64,000 bases of DNA, from positions 3,844,001 through 3,908,000 of the forward strand of contig JAWMAR010000194.1 in NCBI GenBank assembly GCA_036785375.1. The letters are read 5' to 3'. The DNA is from Leucoraja ocellata. Lineage: Eukaryota. The translations under genes and the position numbers were made by a program. The notes beneath the pieces are model-generated. The model saw only the letters and a program-made list of their open reading frames with translations, searched no databases and was not told the DNA's origin. Shown here one piece after another: positions 12,383-24,497 of the stretch. Numbering within the stretch: position 1 is the stretch's first letter; each line of letters starts with the position of its first letter.

Positions 12383-12528
12383 TAGAAAAACTAAAGCTTC
12401 CCTGAGCAATACAAAAATGTGAAGTGGGAGCAAGAGGAGACCACGCAAGCCTGTTGAGTCATTCAGATGATCAGATTGTAACCTCAACTACGCATTCCTA
12501 CCTGTCCTCGGTGACCGTTTCATCCTCT

Positions 12529-12772
12529 TATAGAAACATAGAAAATAGGTGCAGGAGTAGGCCATTCGGCCCTTCGAGCCTGCACCGCCATTGGATATGA
12601 TCATGGCTGATCATCCAACTCAGTATCCCATCCCTGCCTTCTCTCCATACCCCCTGATTCCTTTAGCCACAAGGGCCACATCTAACTCCCTCTTAAATAT
12701 AGCCAATGAACTGGCCTCAACTACCTTCTGTGGCAGAGAATTCCACCGATTGGCAGAGAATTCCACAGATCT
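12529..12772 (-). mobile_element. Young CR1 3' end inserted into an older CR1
   Basis: tagaaacatagaaaataggtgcaggagtaggccattcggcccttcgagcc tail; small duplication of tggcagagaattccac at the truncation point. Confidence 0.85.
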
Positions 12773-15270
12773 TTATCAATATTTTTCTACTCTGAGATTC
12801 TGCTCTTGGGTTCTGCTTCTACTGCCCTTTCAGGAAGAGTGTTTCAAAGATTCCAGACCCTCTGAGAAAAAAATATTTCCCCTTCTCTTGGTCTTAAATT
12901 AGTGACATGTTTGTAACATTGGCTGTTGATTGTAGATTCTGTCTCCATGTTCACCCTATCAAGTCTACTATGGATCTTTCTTTCAATCAGGCTGCCTCTC
13001 ATTCTTCTAACTTGCAGTGCTGCCATTTATTTTGAGAGGACTAGAATACAAAACCAGTGGCTTTAGGTGCTGAGCAGACCGTATTTGGAGTATTATGAGC
13101 AATTTTAAGCCGCATGCCTAGTGAACTTCTCTGAACTGCTTCCATATAAAAGTGACAAGTGTTGTAAATCGGTCACTATGGTCTCACTAGTGCACTATTT
13201 AACAAAAGCACAGTCTCTTACTTGGGTAGTCAATTTCCATTGCAAAGAACACTTTTTTGTTTTTCTCATTTGCTCAGCCTGCATTCCACTCTTTTGCAAA
13301 TCATGCTCTGGTGGACCCAGATTCCTTTGTATCCCACAGCTTTGCCATCTCTCACCATTTTGGTAATGTATCTTTTTCTGTCAAAATGGACAATTTCTCA
13401 CTTTTCCATATCATCCTCCATCTGCTAAATCTTTGCCCACTCATTTAATATCCCAACACTTTGAACTATTTGTGTGTTCCTCAGGACTTGTTGTCCTACC
13501 AATCTTTGTCTTCAGCAAATTTAGCAACTGCACTTTTGGTGCCTTAATCTGACGTTTATAAGTTGTAAAAGTTGAGGCTGCAGCATTGTACCTTGCCAAC
13601 CTTTAAAGACCTATTTATGCATACTCCTTTCCTATTAGCTAGCTAATCTTCTACTTTTGCCAACTTGAGCATTTACTTTCCACAAAAACTTGAAGTGGCA
13701 CCTTATCAAATACCTTCTGGTAAATCGTATGGCATGCACACCAGTTCCCTTTTCACCTCGGTACATGTTACTTCAAAGAACTCCAATAAATGGATCAAAC
13801 ACCATTCCTTTTCCATGAAACCATGTTGATTTTGCTTGCAGTTTTCCATGAGCCTTGCTCCAGCATCTCTAATAATAGCTTCTAACTGCCTGCAGTTTCC
13901 AACTTTTATTGAACAAAAGAGTTCCATTTATTATTTTTTCATCTAATGGAACCTTTCCCAGATTTGGAAAATTGAAACTAATGCATCAACTATCTCATCT
14001 AACCATGAGAATATTTGAAGGTCCAGAAAGTCCTAGGGATGTTAGCTCGGAGCCATTTCCCTAATAATTTGATTTTTTTTTATCATCCCCACAATTCCTT
14101 GTCTTCCAATTACTGATTAAGAGCTAATTCTGGGATATTACCTGAATCCTCTCTTGTGAAGGCTGATGCAAAATACCTGTAATTCATCATCAGCTCCTTA
14201 CTTTCCATATTGGCCATTATTGCGATGGTGTTGGAATTTTGTTAGAATTGTACATGGTGTTGGTAAGGCCACACTTGGAGCAGTGTGCACAGTTTTAATC
14301 TCCTTAATGTTAAGGATATAGTAGATTTGGAGGCAGTCCAAAGGAGATTTATCAGGCTCGTTTCTGGAATGAAAGAGTTGCCCTATGAAGAGAGGCTAAA
14401 CTGATTGGGTATACATTGTTTGGAATTTAGAAGATGCAGTGGTGATCTTAATGAAACATACAAGATCCTAAGGGGGTTTGGTGGAGTAGTGATTGAGCTT
14501 ATTTCACAAGTGGGAGTGTCTCGAATGAAGGGACATGGTTTCAAGATAAGAGGTCGAGCTTTTGAAGTAGAAACTTCTTGCAGATAGTAGTGCATTTCAG
14601 CCGCAGTATGTGATGGGGAGCAGATCATTAGATATATTTAAGATGGAGATAGATAAATGTTTGTAAAATTGAGGACTACGAGGAACTGGCACAGAAGAAA
14701 TGTTGAGGCCAGCATTGATCAGCCTTAAGGGCTGATACAACTCTCTCCAGGGTCCTATTGTTCACTGTTAATGTCCTTCCCTGGTTTGACTTTCCAAAAT
14801 CCAATATGTCACACTTAGTTGAATTAAAATCAATTGACCAATACTCTAGCAGTTCCCTGGATCCCATGCAATCTGCCCTTCCAGAGCAGCATTCCATATG
14901 GAACCTTATCAAAGGCCTTGCTCAAATCCATGCAGAATACATCTATAGCCTTGTCCTCATTAATCTTCTTTGTTGCTTCAAAATTCAATAGCATTTGTAA
15001 GAGACAATCTCTCGTGTACTTAACCATGCTGACTATCTCAAATCAACCTGTCCTTCCAAATACATGTATATCTTATCCCTTTATCTCCAGTTACCTTCCT
15101 ACCATAAATGTCAGGCTCATTGGTCGAGATTCCCAGATTTTTCTTTGTTGCCCTTGGGGGTATAAAATTATCCACCCTGCAGTCTTCCAATACCATGCTG
15201 GTGTCTAACGATGATCCGTGTATCTCAGCCATGACTCCAGCAATTACGTTTTAGCTTTCCAGAGTCCATA
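12773..15270. mobile_element. Patchwork of old CR1 fragments on both strands
   Basis: NQHGF..CLIHLLEFFE (13706-13927, minus); LEFRR..GDLNETYKIL (14405-14587, plus); DLSKAFDKVPY (14830-15027, minus). Confidence 0.8.
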
Positions 15271-15276
15271 GATATA

Positions 15277-15372
15277 CAGTGCACCCATCCAGATAGTATT
15301 CAGACCCCTTCACCTTTTTCCACATTTTGTACGTTACAGCCTTATTTTAAAATTGAGTTTTTCCTCATATCA
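15277..15372 (+). mobile_element. Tc1 transposon terminal fragment
   Basis: TA|cagtgca...agtattcagaccccttcacctttttccacattttgt...ttacagccttatt, the terminal sequence of fish Tc1 elements; no partner end found. Confidence 0.7.
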
Positions 15373-16010
15373 GTCCTAAATGGCCTACCCCTTATTCTTA
15401 AACTGTGACCACTGGTTCTAGACTCCCCCAAAATTGTGAACATTTTTCCTGCATCTAGCCTGTGCAATCCCTTAAGAATTTTATGTTTCTATAAGATCCC
15501 CTCTCATCCCTCTAAATTCCACTGAATACAAGCCCAGTCGACCCATTCTTTCCTTGTATGTCAGTCCCGCCATCCCAGGAATTAACCTGGGAGCCTACGC
15601 TGCACTCCCTCAATAGCAAGAATGTCCTTCCTCAAATTAGGAGACTAAAACTGCACACAGTACTCCAGTTGTGGTCTCACCAGGGCCCCGTGCAACTGCA
15701 GTAGGACCTCCTTGCTCCTAAACTCAAATCCTTTCGCAATGAAGGCCAACATGCCATTAGCTTTCTTCACTGCCTGCTATACCTGCATGCTTACTTTCAG
15801 TGACTGATGTACAAGGACACCCAAGGTCTCGTTGAACCTCGCCTTTTCCTAATCTAACTCCATTCAGATAATAATCTGCCTTCCTGTTTTCTGTCACCAA
15901 AGTGGATAACATCACATTTATCCACATTATTATACTGCAACGGCATGCATCTGCCCACTCACCCAACCTATTCAAGTCATGCAGCCTCAGAGCATCCTCC
16001 TCGCAGCTCA
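15373..16010 (-). mobile_element. CR1 LINE fragment (RT C-terminal region)
   Basis: DLNRLGEWA...NRKADYYLNGVRLGKGEVQRDLG; homologous to 50055-50670. Confidence 0.85.
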
Positions 16011-16782
16011 CCCCGTTGTTGGGCACTTGCACCTGCAACTGGGTCCTTAATTTTCTGACGCAACGGCAGCAGACAGTCAGGGTGGCAGCTGGACATCAAG
16101 AACCATCGAAGTGAGCACTGGCTCACCCCAAGGCTGTGTCCTAAGCCCCCTGCTGTTCAGTCTGCTTACTCATGACTGTACTGCCAGACTCGGCAATAAT
16201 TATATCAATACGTTCGCTGATGACACAACAGTGATGGGTCTCATCAGTGACAACAGTGAGTCGGCATACAGGATGGAGGTGAAGCTGCTTACAGAGTGGT
16301 GCAGATCTCACAATCTCATCCTCAATGTGGAAAAGACTAAGGAAATTGTGATCGATTTCAGCAGAGCCATCTCCATCATTCAGGACCCCCTATCACCCAT
16401 CACACCACATCTTCTCCATTCTGCCATCTGGGAAGAGGTACAGGAGCATCAGCTGCAGAACCAGCAGGATGCTACACAGCTTCTTCCCACGGCAATAAAA
16501 CTGGTTAATGGACTGTCCCCTCCCCATACATCATACACCAACACACCTAACCTCGCCCATACTTTGACAGCTAGACACCTGTCAAAGCAAAGCCACTGTT
16601 CGATCTGAATGTCTGTTTTTAGCTCAATTTTAAAGTCTATTTTAGATAAGTTAATTTTAAAGTTGTATGTATTTATTCTGTTTTTATGAACTGCACTGAT
16701 AGGAACTGATTGAGAAACAATTTTTCATTTCCTCTGTGTATGCAAGTACTCAGTGAAAATGACATTAAAGTAAATACTGAAT
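16011..16782 (+). mobile_element. Rex/Babar-type non-LTR retrotransposon, internally deleted 3' portion
   Basis: CNWVLNFLTQRQQTV; STGSPQGCVLSPLLFSLLTHDC..FADDTTVMGLI..LNVEKTKEIVIDF; tail gacattaaag. Confidence 0.85.
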
Positions 16783-17639
16783 ACCCAGCCACCCAGCTTT
16801 GTTTCATCCGCAAAGCTGGAGATGTTCTTGGGAACAACTAGTTTATTTAGTTCTGCCTGCCTCTGAAATGAATGTGAAATGTATGGTATGATACTACATG
16901 TTTGAATTTTAAGCAGTACAAAACATTCTCAGGGATCGTTTGGACAAAATTATTGCTATGTATGTGTTACTTCCAGCCACTGCAGATCCAGAATTGGTTC
17001 AAATCCCAGATACTCTAGTACTATTTCTTCCCTGCCTCTGCATACTATCATGTGGCAGATTGGTCTCTAGCTCCTTTGTACTTGTGTGCTTCATTAATAT
17101 GAAACTTGATTTGTTCCCTTTTCCAACACAGTCACATATTCTTAGTATCATGTACTACATGTAAGAATTTACAGTTTCTTCTTTCGACCTAGGGGAATGA
17201 TGTTTGCTGTCATTGGCATGCTAACTAGTAATTTGCCAATGAGGCTCGATGTTCATACTTAAAAGGTCAAACATGTTTGATTTGCTTAAAGTTAAAATGG
17301 GATTAAGGGATTTGGATGTTGACCATTTGGCAAGTATGTGGAATATATTAAAAAAAATTGTACTGTTCTTAAATGTTTAAAATCAACCCAGTTATATCCC
17401 AACTTTATTTTTTGTCTATCCAGTTTGAGTGTACAATTGTTCTGGTTATATGTGAGATTGTTTGGCTGGTTCATGTACCCAACACACCCTTTTCTCTATT
17501 GCTTGAGAATGGCCGACATCTAAAAATATATAGGTTTTGCTGTTCTGTGTTTCTTATTAAATTTCTTATTGATATGATGCGTTCCCGGTTAATATTGGTT
17601 ATTGTGGGTGTTCTGCAAAACTGAGGTTGCGTTTAACTT

Positions 17640-17895
17640 GTCGTCAAGTCACTTTTATTTCTATAGCACATTTAAAAAAACAACTCTAGTTGACCAAAGT
17701 GCTTTACATTGGTGGAGGTACTAACGTTATACAACAGTGGTTCATAGATTAAGTACATACATATAGCCCTCCCTCAGAGGACGTCAAGAAAGGCTTGAGA
17801 GTAAAGATGAGTTTAAAGTCTCGATTTAAAAGAGTCGATGGAGCGGGCAGTTCTGATGGGAAGAGGGATGCTGTTCCACGGTCTAGGAGCTGCAC
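17640..17895 (-). mobile_element. L2-type LINE 3' end
   Basis: ttttatttctatagcacattta...caaagtgctttaca pattern typical of fish L2 3' ends. Confidence 0.55.
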
Positions 17896-18459
17896 AGTGG
17901 TGCACATTGTTATTTGAAGTGATTTCTAAGTATGGAAATTGGATAGGAAATCAGCCTGCATCTGGACACCGTAAGATAAATGAGAGGCCAGACAATGTTT
18001 TGTAGCAGTTGTTTCAGGCAGGATGTTGTTCTAAATACTGTACTAGGAGAATGCAATTTAAAGAATAATCAGTTTTTGACCATTGTAATCTCTCAACAAA
18101 TACACTATTCCCTGCTAAAGTGTCCCTACCTTCACTGGCTAGTTTTGAATTTTTATGATTGGATGCTTTATTTGACCCTAGCTAGTTTTGAGCAATGGCT
18201 TCTCTTCCCATTGACAACAATTTATGCACTCATATGTTTCAACCTTGTCGTCTTTCTCATCCGTGCTATATTCTACATATATGTAGTCTATTGGATGTGT
18301 ACCACGATGACACCTCTGTGCACAATCTTTGTCAACTCATCTGCCCATGTGCTGTTTGATGTCTAATTCTAGGCACCGTTTAACCCACTGGCCAAACAGT
18401 GATGCAATGACCTGACCCAAAGCTGCTGTCATTCCTGGCAGCTGAGTTGAGCTTCTGAC

Positions 18460-18968
18460 CTGACACTTGCACCTCCACCAACCTCATCTAATGTATTCGC
18501 TGTACCAGGTGTTAACTTCTCTACATCGGCCAGACCAAGCGCAAGCTCTTTGATCATTTCACTGAACAGCTCCGCTCAGTCCGTCTTAACTTACCGGTTG
18601 CTTAGCACTTCAATTCTCCCTTCCATTCCCAATCTGTCCTTTCTGTCCTGGGCCTCCTCCATTGTCAGAGTGAGGCCCAGCGTAAATTGGAGGAAAAGCA
18701 CCTCATATTTTGTTTGGGTAGTTTAAACCCCAGCGGTATGAACATTGAATTCTCTAACATCAAATAGCCCTTGCCTTCCCTCTCTATCCCCTCCCCCTTC
18801 CCAGTTCTCCCACCAGTTTTGCTGTCTCCGACTACATTCTATCTTTGTCCCGCCCACTCCTCTGACATCAGTTTGAAGAAGGGTCCCGACCCGAAACGTC
18901 ACCCATTCCTTCTCTCCAGAGCTGCTGCCTGACCCGCTGAGTTACTCCAGCATTTTAGGTTTACCTTC
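18460..18968 (+). mobile_element. Penelope-like element 3' part (GIY-YIG remnant plus terminal module)
   Basis: TCTSTNLI.CIRCTRC.LLYIGQTKRKL and RKLEEKHLIF.LG readings, followed by tgaagaagggtcccgacccgaaacgtc. Confidence 0.85.
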
Positions 18969-19199
18969 TGACGTGATATCTTTGATATTACACGCTACTT
19001 AATTCCAGCTCAATAAAATGATCTGTCTGGTTCCCTGCCTATCTCAGCACAACTTTCAAAATGTTCAACCTGCTTTTCCACTGGACTCTTGTATTCCACT
19101 GTTCCCAAGGCTCCTCTCCCATTCTTCACATTGCAGCTCATCAAAAACTGCTTGCTGACAGCATTACTTTTGCCTGTTGTTCCCTATTATTTTTAACCT

Positions 19200-20345
19200 C
19201 TATTTAATTTAAATCTTTTTATTTGAATTTGACAGCAATTTGCATACATACAATGATAACAGACAGTGATAGTCAGGACATAATTGTACAACAGTATGTA
19301 AACAACCCTCAAAACCCTTACCCTTACCCTTACCCACCCGGGGACAAGCAACACTCACATATGTACACATCCACACAGATACGATAAGATAAACAAAATG
19401 AAAATGAAAAAAGAAAAATAAAAAGGGTGCGGAGGGGGGGGGGGGGTGGTTGAGGGGAGAGCAGCTGCAACAAAACAGAGCAGTGATCGAGGGCACTCAG
19501 TCCTCTTCCGAGTCCGGAAACAAGTTAAGAGAGTTAACAAGTTCCAGGAAAGGGTTCCATGTATCTAGGAATGTCTTGGTAGAGCCTTTGAGAGAGAACC
19601 TAAGTTTTTCAAGCTATAGGTTGTAGAGCACCTCCTTGATCCAGCGGGTGTGTGTCGGGGGACAGGTAAGCCTCCAGTTAAGTAAGATCAGTCTCCGGGC
19701 TAACAAGGTTGTAAAAGCCAGGACCCGCTTCAACGCAACAGAGAGGTTGGTGTTGGGAGGAATACCAAAAATGGCTGACAGCGGGTTTGGAGGAATAGTC
19801 TGGCCGTAGGCTCTGCTTATCAAGTCGAAAGCACTCCTCCAAAAGGCTGCTAGCTTAGGGCAAGACCAAAACATATGACTATGGTTGGCAGGGGATTGAT
19901 TGCATCTGTTGCAGGTGTCTTTAACAACGGGGTATATTCTAGATAATCTTGCGTTTGTGTACTGGACTTTGTGAAGGACTTTGCATTGGATTAGGCCATG
20001 ACGGGCACATATGGAGGAAGAATGGATCAAATCCAAGGCAGTCCCATTGCTGGTCTGTTAGTTTCGTATTCAGCTCGCCCTCCCATACAGCTTTTAATGA
20101 GGTATGAGGTTTCAATATAACCGACCCTAACAAGTTGTACAAAAAAGAGATGCATTTCTTCCGGTTGGGATCTAGAGCTAGGATGGAATCGGTCAGGGTT
20201 TCAGGGGGATGATTTGGGAAATGGGGGAATGTCTTCTTCCCAAAATCCCTAATCTGGAAAAAACGAAAAAGGTGGGAGTTTGGGAGGCTATAGTTGGACG
20301 AAAGCTCCGCAAAAGACGAAAAAATGCCATCTTTGTATAGGTTTA
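19200..20345 (-). mobile_element. L1-clade LINE 3' end
   Basis: ORF 19614-20036 LIQCKVLHK..CNRC..HMFWSCPKLAAFW (C-terminal zinc knuckle); minus-strand AATAAA and A-rich tail near 19205-19225. Confidence 0.88.
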
Positions 20346-21156
20346 ACTATATAGCTCTATTTAAATATCTTATGAAGGCAAGAGATTGCAGGTGCTGAAA
20401 TCTGGAACCAATCAGCAGGCCGGGTAACAATTGTGGAGGCAAAATGTATATGTCAATGCTTTGGGTGAATATCCAGCATCAGGACTGAGGAAATAATGCC
20501 TATTTATAGCAGGTCAGCAGAGGTGTGGGCCAGAGACTGTAAGTGGAATTAGATTGATGTTTGAGGAAGAGATGGTCAGCAATTGGCAGCTAACTTGCTC
20601 TTTGTATGTGCATTCATTATCTTATCTCTGATGCCACCTCTTGCCGTAAATGCACACCACAAGGAATCATTTAATTCTCATCTTTCACCTTTTTCTTGTT
20701 TCCTCTCCTTGTTTGATGTATACAAGAGAGTTAAAGGGCTTTCTCATGGTGCGACCTGACGCAAGACTTAGTTTAACATCGTGGGAACCTCCTGCGATAA
20801 CAGTACGGCATTCGTGGACCACCGAGGACCTCGGTGGTGATAACGGCAGGTAGTCGTGTAACTTTGTAAGGTCGGGAGAAAATTCAAACATTTTTGAATT
20901 TCTCCAAGAGTGACTTGAGCACTTTTTGGTGCGCGTTGCAACATTGTATGAACACAGATGCCAGTGCGATATCCGTAATGGCTCCTGCGGGTACCGTGGG
21001 AACTCCTGCGAACGGTAAACCCGGAAGCTTGACAGAGGAGACATAAGGTGAGTAAAAAAAGTGGTCTCAATATCGCCAGTGGACCATGTGTCCATCGAGG
21101 ACGTCCCACCTAATTGTCATTGTTTGAGAATCTTTTTCACAGTAAGACTTGCAGAG

Positions 21157-21560
21157 ATGCCCCTCAGAAAAGTGCAAAGAAAGGGGTCAAAGAAAGTCAG
21201 AAAGTTTTTAGCCATGCAGGTAAATGAGGAGGAGACTCAGCAAGAGAGACGGGTGGAGAGGCAAGAGGAGATGCCAGAGATACCACTGCCTGTGGGCTCC
21301 TTGGAGCAGGGAGAGGGTGATCAAGGAGGATTTGAGATTGCCTCCCCAGTAGCTGTTGCCTCCCCAATAGCCTCAGCAGACGATAACATAAAGGGAAGAT
21401 GGCAGGCCATATAACTTCAACAGGGAACAAGAGGGGGAACTGGTGGAGTGGTACCAATGCAATGAGATTCTCTATGACAAATCCAGAGAGGATTATGGAA
21501 ATAGGGAGAGAAAGCGCAATCTGCTGGAGACGAAGGCTGCAGAGTATTCCGGGTGCTCAT
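21157..21560 (+). pseudogene. Harbinger Myb/SANT(MADF)-like DNA-binding protein, 5' remnant with frameshift
   Basis: MPLRKVQRKG.. acidic leader, then in another frame FNREQEGELVEWYQCNEILYDKSREDYGNRERKRNLLETKAAE, followed by a gtgagt donor-like site. Confidence 0.7.
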
Positions 21561-21683
21561 GTGAGTATCTATAACAATATATTAGTTTATGTACAGGAGA
21601 ACAATTTAATGTTATCCATGATTTAAATACATACAATGCTACAGATGTAAAAGTGCTGTTTTTGCAGTTACCTTTAATTTATC

Positions 21684-22010
21684 TTATATTACAGTGTCCG
21701 TCTTCTTCACCAGAGGTCCCAAATTATTCTTGAACTCATTAAAGAGTTCGGGTGAAATTCTGACAAAGTTTTTGAATGCACTTTTATCCTCTTCGCACAG
21801 CACATTAAGCAGTTGCTCATATTGTCCAAATTGAGGTCTCCGTTGAAACGTGGGCTTAACCCAGTGAGACTTCCTCTTAATTCTCTTTTTAATTAATCTC
21901 ACCCTTCTGCCTTCACGCAAGCGTTTTCGATGCACATGTTGCGCTAATGCATACAGCGTGTCAATGAAAATAACAACCAGCCTGTACTCGAACCAACTTT
22001 GTATAGGCAT
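21684..22010 (-). pseudogene. Harbinger transposase N-terminal remnant
   Basis: WVKP..QRR..FGQYEQLL..L..ED..FKNFVRISPELFNE....LGPLVKKTDT; DDE catalytic part deleted; tatataaa upstream on the minus strand near 22046-22053. Confidence 0.8.
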
Positions 22011-22296
22011 GTCTGCAAATGAGCCAATTCTACGAAAGGAGGATATTTATATAGTGTGTGAAAAAAAGTGACATCATTTGTGCCACGTGATTAACTACAC
22101 TACAGTCAATGATGTTCATTCACGATTAACGGGAAAGATCGGGAGACGGACAAGTCACTCGCACAAATGACAGAATTGCCGAGTACCGTGGGAACTCTTT
22201 ATCTACCCACCGTTATATCGTGCGGAACTCGTGCTGGACCACGACCTCTTTACTCTGGTGACATCTTGCGTCAGGTCGCACCGTGAGAACCGGCCA

Positions 22297-22445
22297 TTAG
22301 AGATAGCTCTTGGGGACATGGAATCGAGGGATGGGGAGAAAGCAGGGGACTGATTTTGGACGATCAGCCACGATCATATTGAATGGTGGTGCTGGCTCTA
22401 AGAGCTGAATGGCCTACTCCTGCACCTGTTTTCTATGTTTCTAGT
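22297..22445 (+). mobile_element. CR1 3' end, interrupted at its 5' side by the Harbinger
   Basis: gatcagccacgatcatattgaatggtgg...ggcctactcctgcacctgttttctatgtttcta; continues caagagagtta from the left of the Harbinger. Confidence 0.8.
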
Positions 22446-24397
22446 CTCCTTTAATCTAGTTTATCTTCCTAAATGTAAGTGGTCTCTCTCCTCTCCAGCA
22501 AGACTGCATCTCTTTAATTGCAACAACCAAAATGTCCTCAAGCCTTCATTTTTGAAATTGGTGTGGAAGAAAGTAAGCCAAGCATTTTGATTTTCATTTA
22601 ATCAGAAAAATAAAGAAATATTGTACGACCATGGTAAATTTAATGCTTCCTCGGGCAATGGCGAAAGAATAACTTGACAGCAAATCTGAAAGTTAAATGC
22701 ATTCAGAGCATACGATGCTGGTGCGTTTTCTGTATTAAGAAAAAGTTATTGCTACGGCAAAATAATTTAATACAGAATACATGGGAATTTTAATTCCTCT
22801 GAAAGAGCCTTTGTTGTTTTCACATCTCTCTTGTCTTCAATGACCCTTTGTCTGTTCCAGTGGTGCAGATGACCTTGAGAGCCTGTGGATACTGTCGATC
22901 CTTGCTTTACAAAATGGGAACAAAGAGGTCTTTCTAAGAATTTAGAATTGATTATGATTTACCTAATTTTAATCTCATCGCTGGAAGCTCATTGAATTAA
23001 TAGTGCAAGCATTGTATCCACCCGTTTGTACCCAACTATCAGTTTCCCTTTGAGCAGGTTAAATAACATATTATGAAAAGCATATAATTTGATGCTGATC
23101 CTTTGGGCATTGAACTGGAAATGGAGCTAAGCTAAGTTCAAAAGCTAAGATAAATGCAACAAGGGTAAAATGTCCTTTATAGAAAAGATGATTATTTTTT
23201 CCAGGAATGAGTAACATTTGTATATTTGACATTGTATCATTTCATGGTCAGATTGGCTGAACCATGGAATTATAATTTAAATTGCAATCATACATTTTAC
23301 TGCTTGGGAAACCTATTTGAAGGGAAACATGCATTTTGTAAATGACAACATGTTTGGGCAACACATAGATTCAAAGGCATGTGTGTGGTGTATGTTTACA
23401 GATTGATGCTAAATATTTGTCTACCATGACTAAGGATTTCTCTATTCCCCTATCCCACCACCAAAGTCTTTTGATTTTTTTAAAATGTGGCAGACAGTGG
23501 AACAACTGAATATTTCAGCTGTGAAATAAGGGGCAAAGGGAGAGAAAGCTTGAGGTGTGCATTACTGTTGCCATGGTAATTTATAAACTACTGGAACAAG
23601 TTGCTTTGGAGTACTAGAATACAAATACTGTAGTATGAAAAATGCTGATGCTGTCTGAAGGGTAAGCTCCATCGGTTTTGCTCGAGCCCAAAGTTGCAAT
23701 ACCCTCATACTTGTAGTCAAATTGGTAATATAATTCATCAGATTAAAACAGCATCTGCAGTTCCTCTCTACATAGTGCAATATGATTGATGTATTTTAAG
23801 GAAATTGAGAATATCTAAGGTAGATAATTGAAAATGTATGCTAGAAGTAATATCTGTACACCGCTGAATAAGTGCATACTTTGTTTTGCACCACAAGTGT
23901 AGGCCAAGTATATTACTGCTTGTCTCTAGAGGATGAAAGCAGTGCTGTGATCGTTCAGAGCATCTTTGTGTTGTTTGTTGCAGTGCATCACATACCCTCT
24001 TGTTCAAAAGCATGAAGGAGTTGTTTATGTGGTGTGGTTGATGTTGCCTTAGAATGTTAATTTTTGGGGGCCAAGGATATGTTAAAATGGATTCTTCGAA
24101 TGAATAATGCAAATAGAGCTTTCTTCCAAAACGTGAGAAAGTTGTTGAATTGGAACGGCTATTACGACTTCATGTTCAATTCATCCTATTCCTCATCACA
24201 ATTGCTAGGCTAGATGCACTTGTGAATGCCACCATCTACAGTTGTTTATTAAGCATGGATCGGAGATGAATTGAGCTGTTCGTACCTGCACCCTATTAAA
24301 TTGGGGTTGTTCATTATGTCAGTCGACTGATCTGGCTGCTAGGATTGAGGTGGTGTTGCAAAATTCTCCAGGGCTACATTGAGGAATGACCAATCGA

Positions 24398-24497
24398 TTA
24401 AGATAGACACAAAAAGCTGGAGTAACTCAGCGGGACAGGCAGCATCTCTGGAGAGAAGGAATGGGTAATGTTTCGGATCGAGACCCTTCTTCAGACT
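24398..24497 (-). repeat. Penelope-derived terminal module with hammerhead-like core
   Basis: Minus strand reads agtCTGAAGAagggtctcgatccGAAACatt. Confidence 0.85.

Larger units (their letters stand above)
20734..22296. mobile_element. PIF/Harbinger DNA transposon, internally deleted
   Basis: TIR core ttctcatggtgcgacctgacgcaaga / tcttgcgtcaggtcgcaccgtgagaa; TTA on both sides; remnants of both Harbinger genes inside. Confidence 0.88.

Noticed and set aside
12730-12770. 16-nt direct repeat tggcagagaattccac as a regulatory motif
   Set aside because: It sits at the 5' truncation point of a CR1 insertion and is consistent with template slippage during integration.
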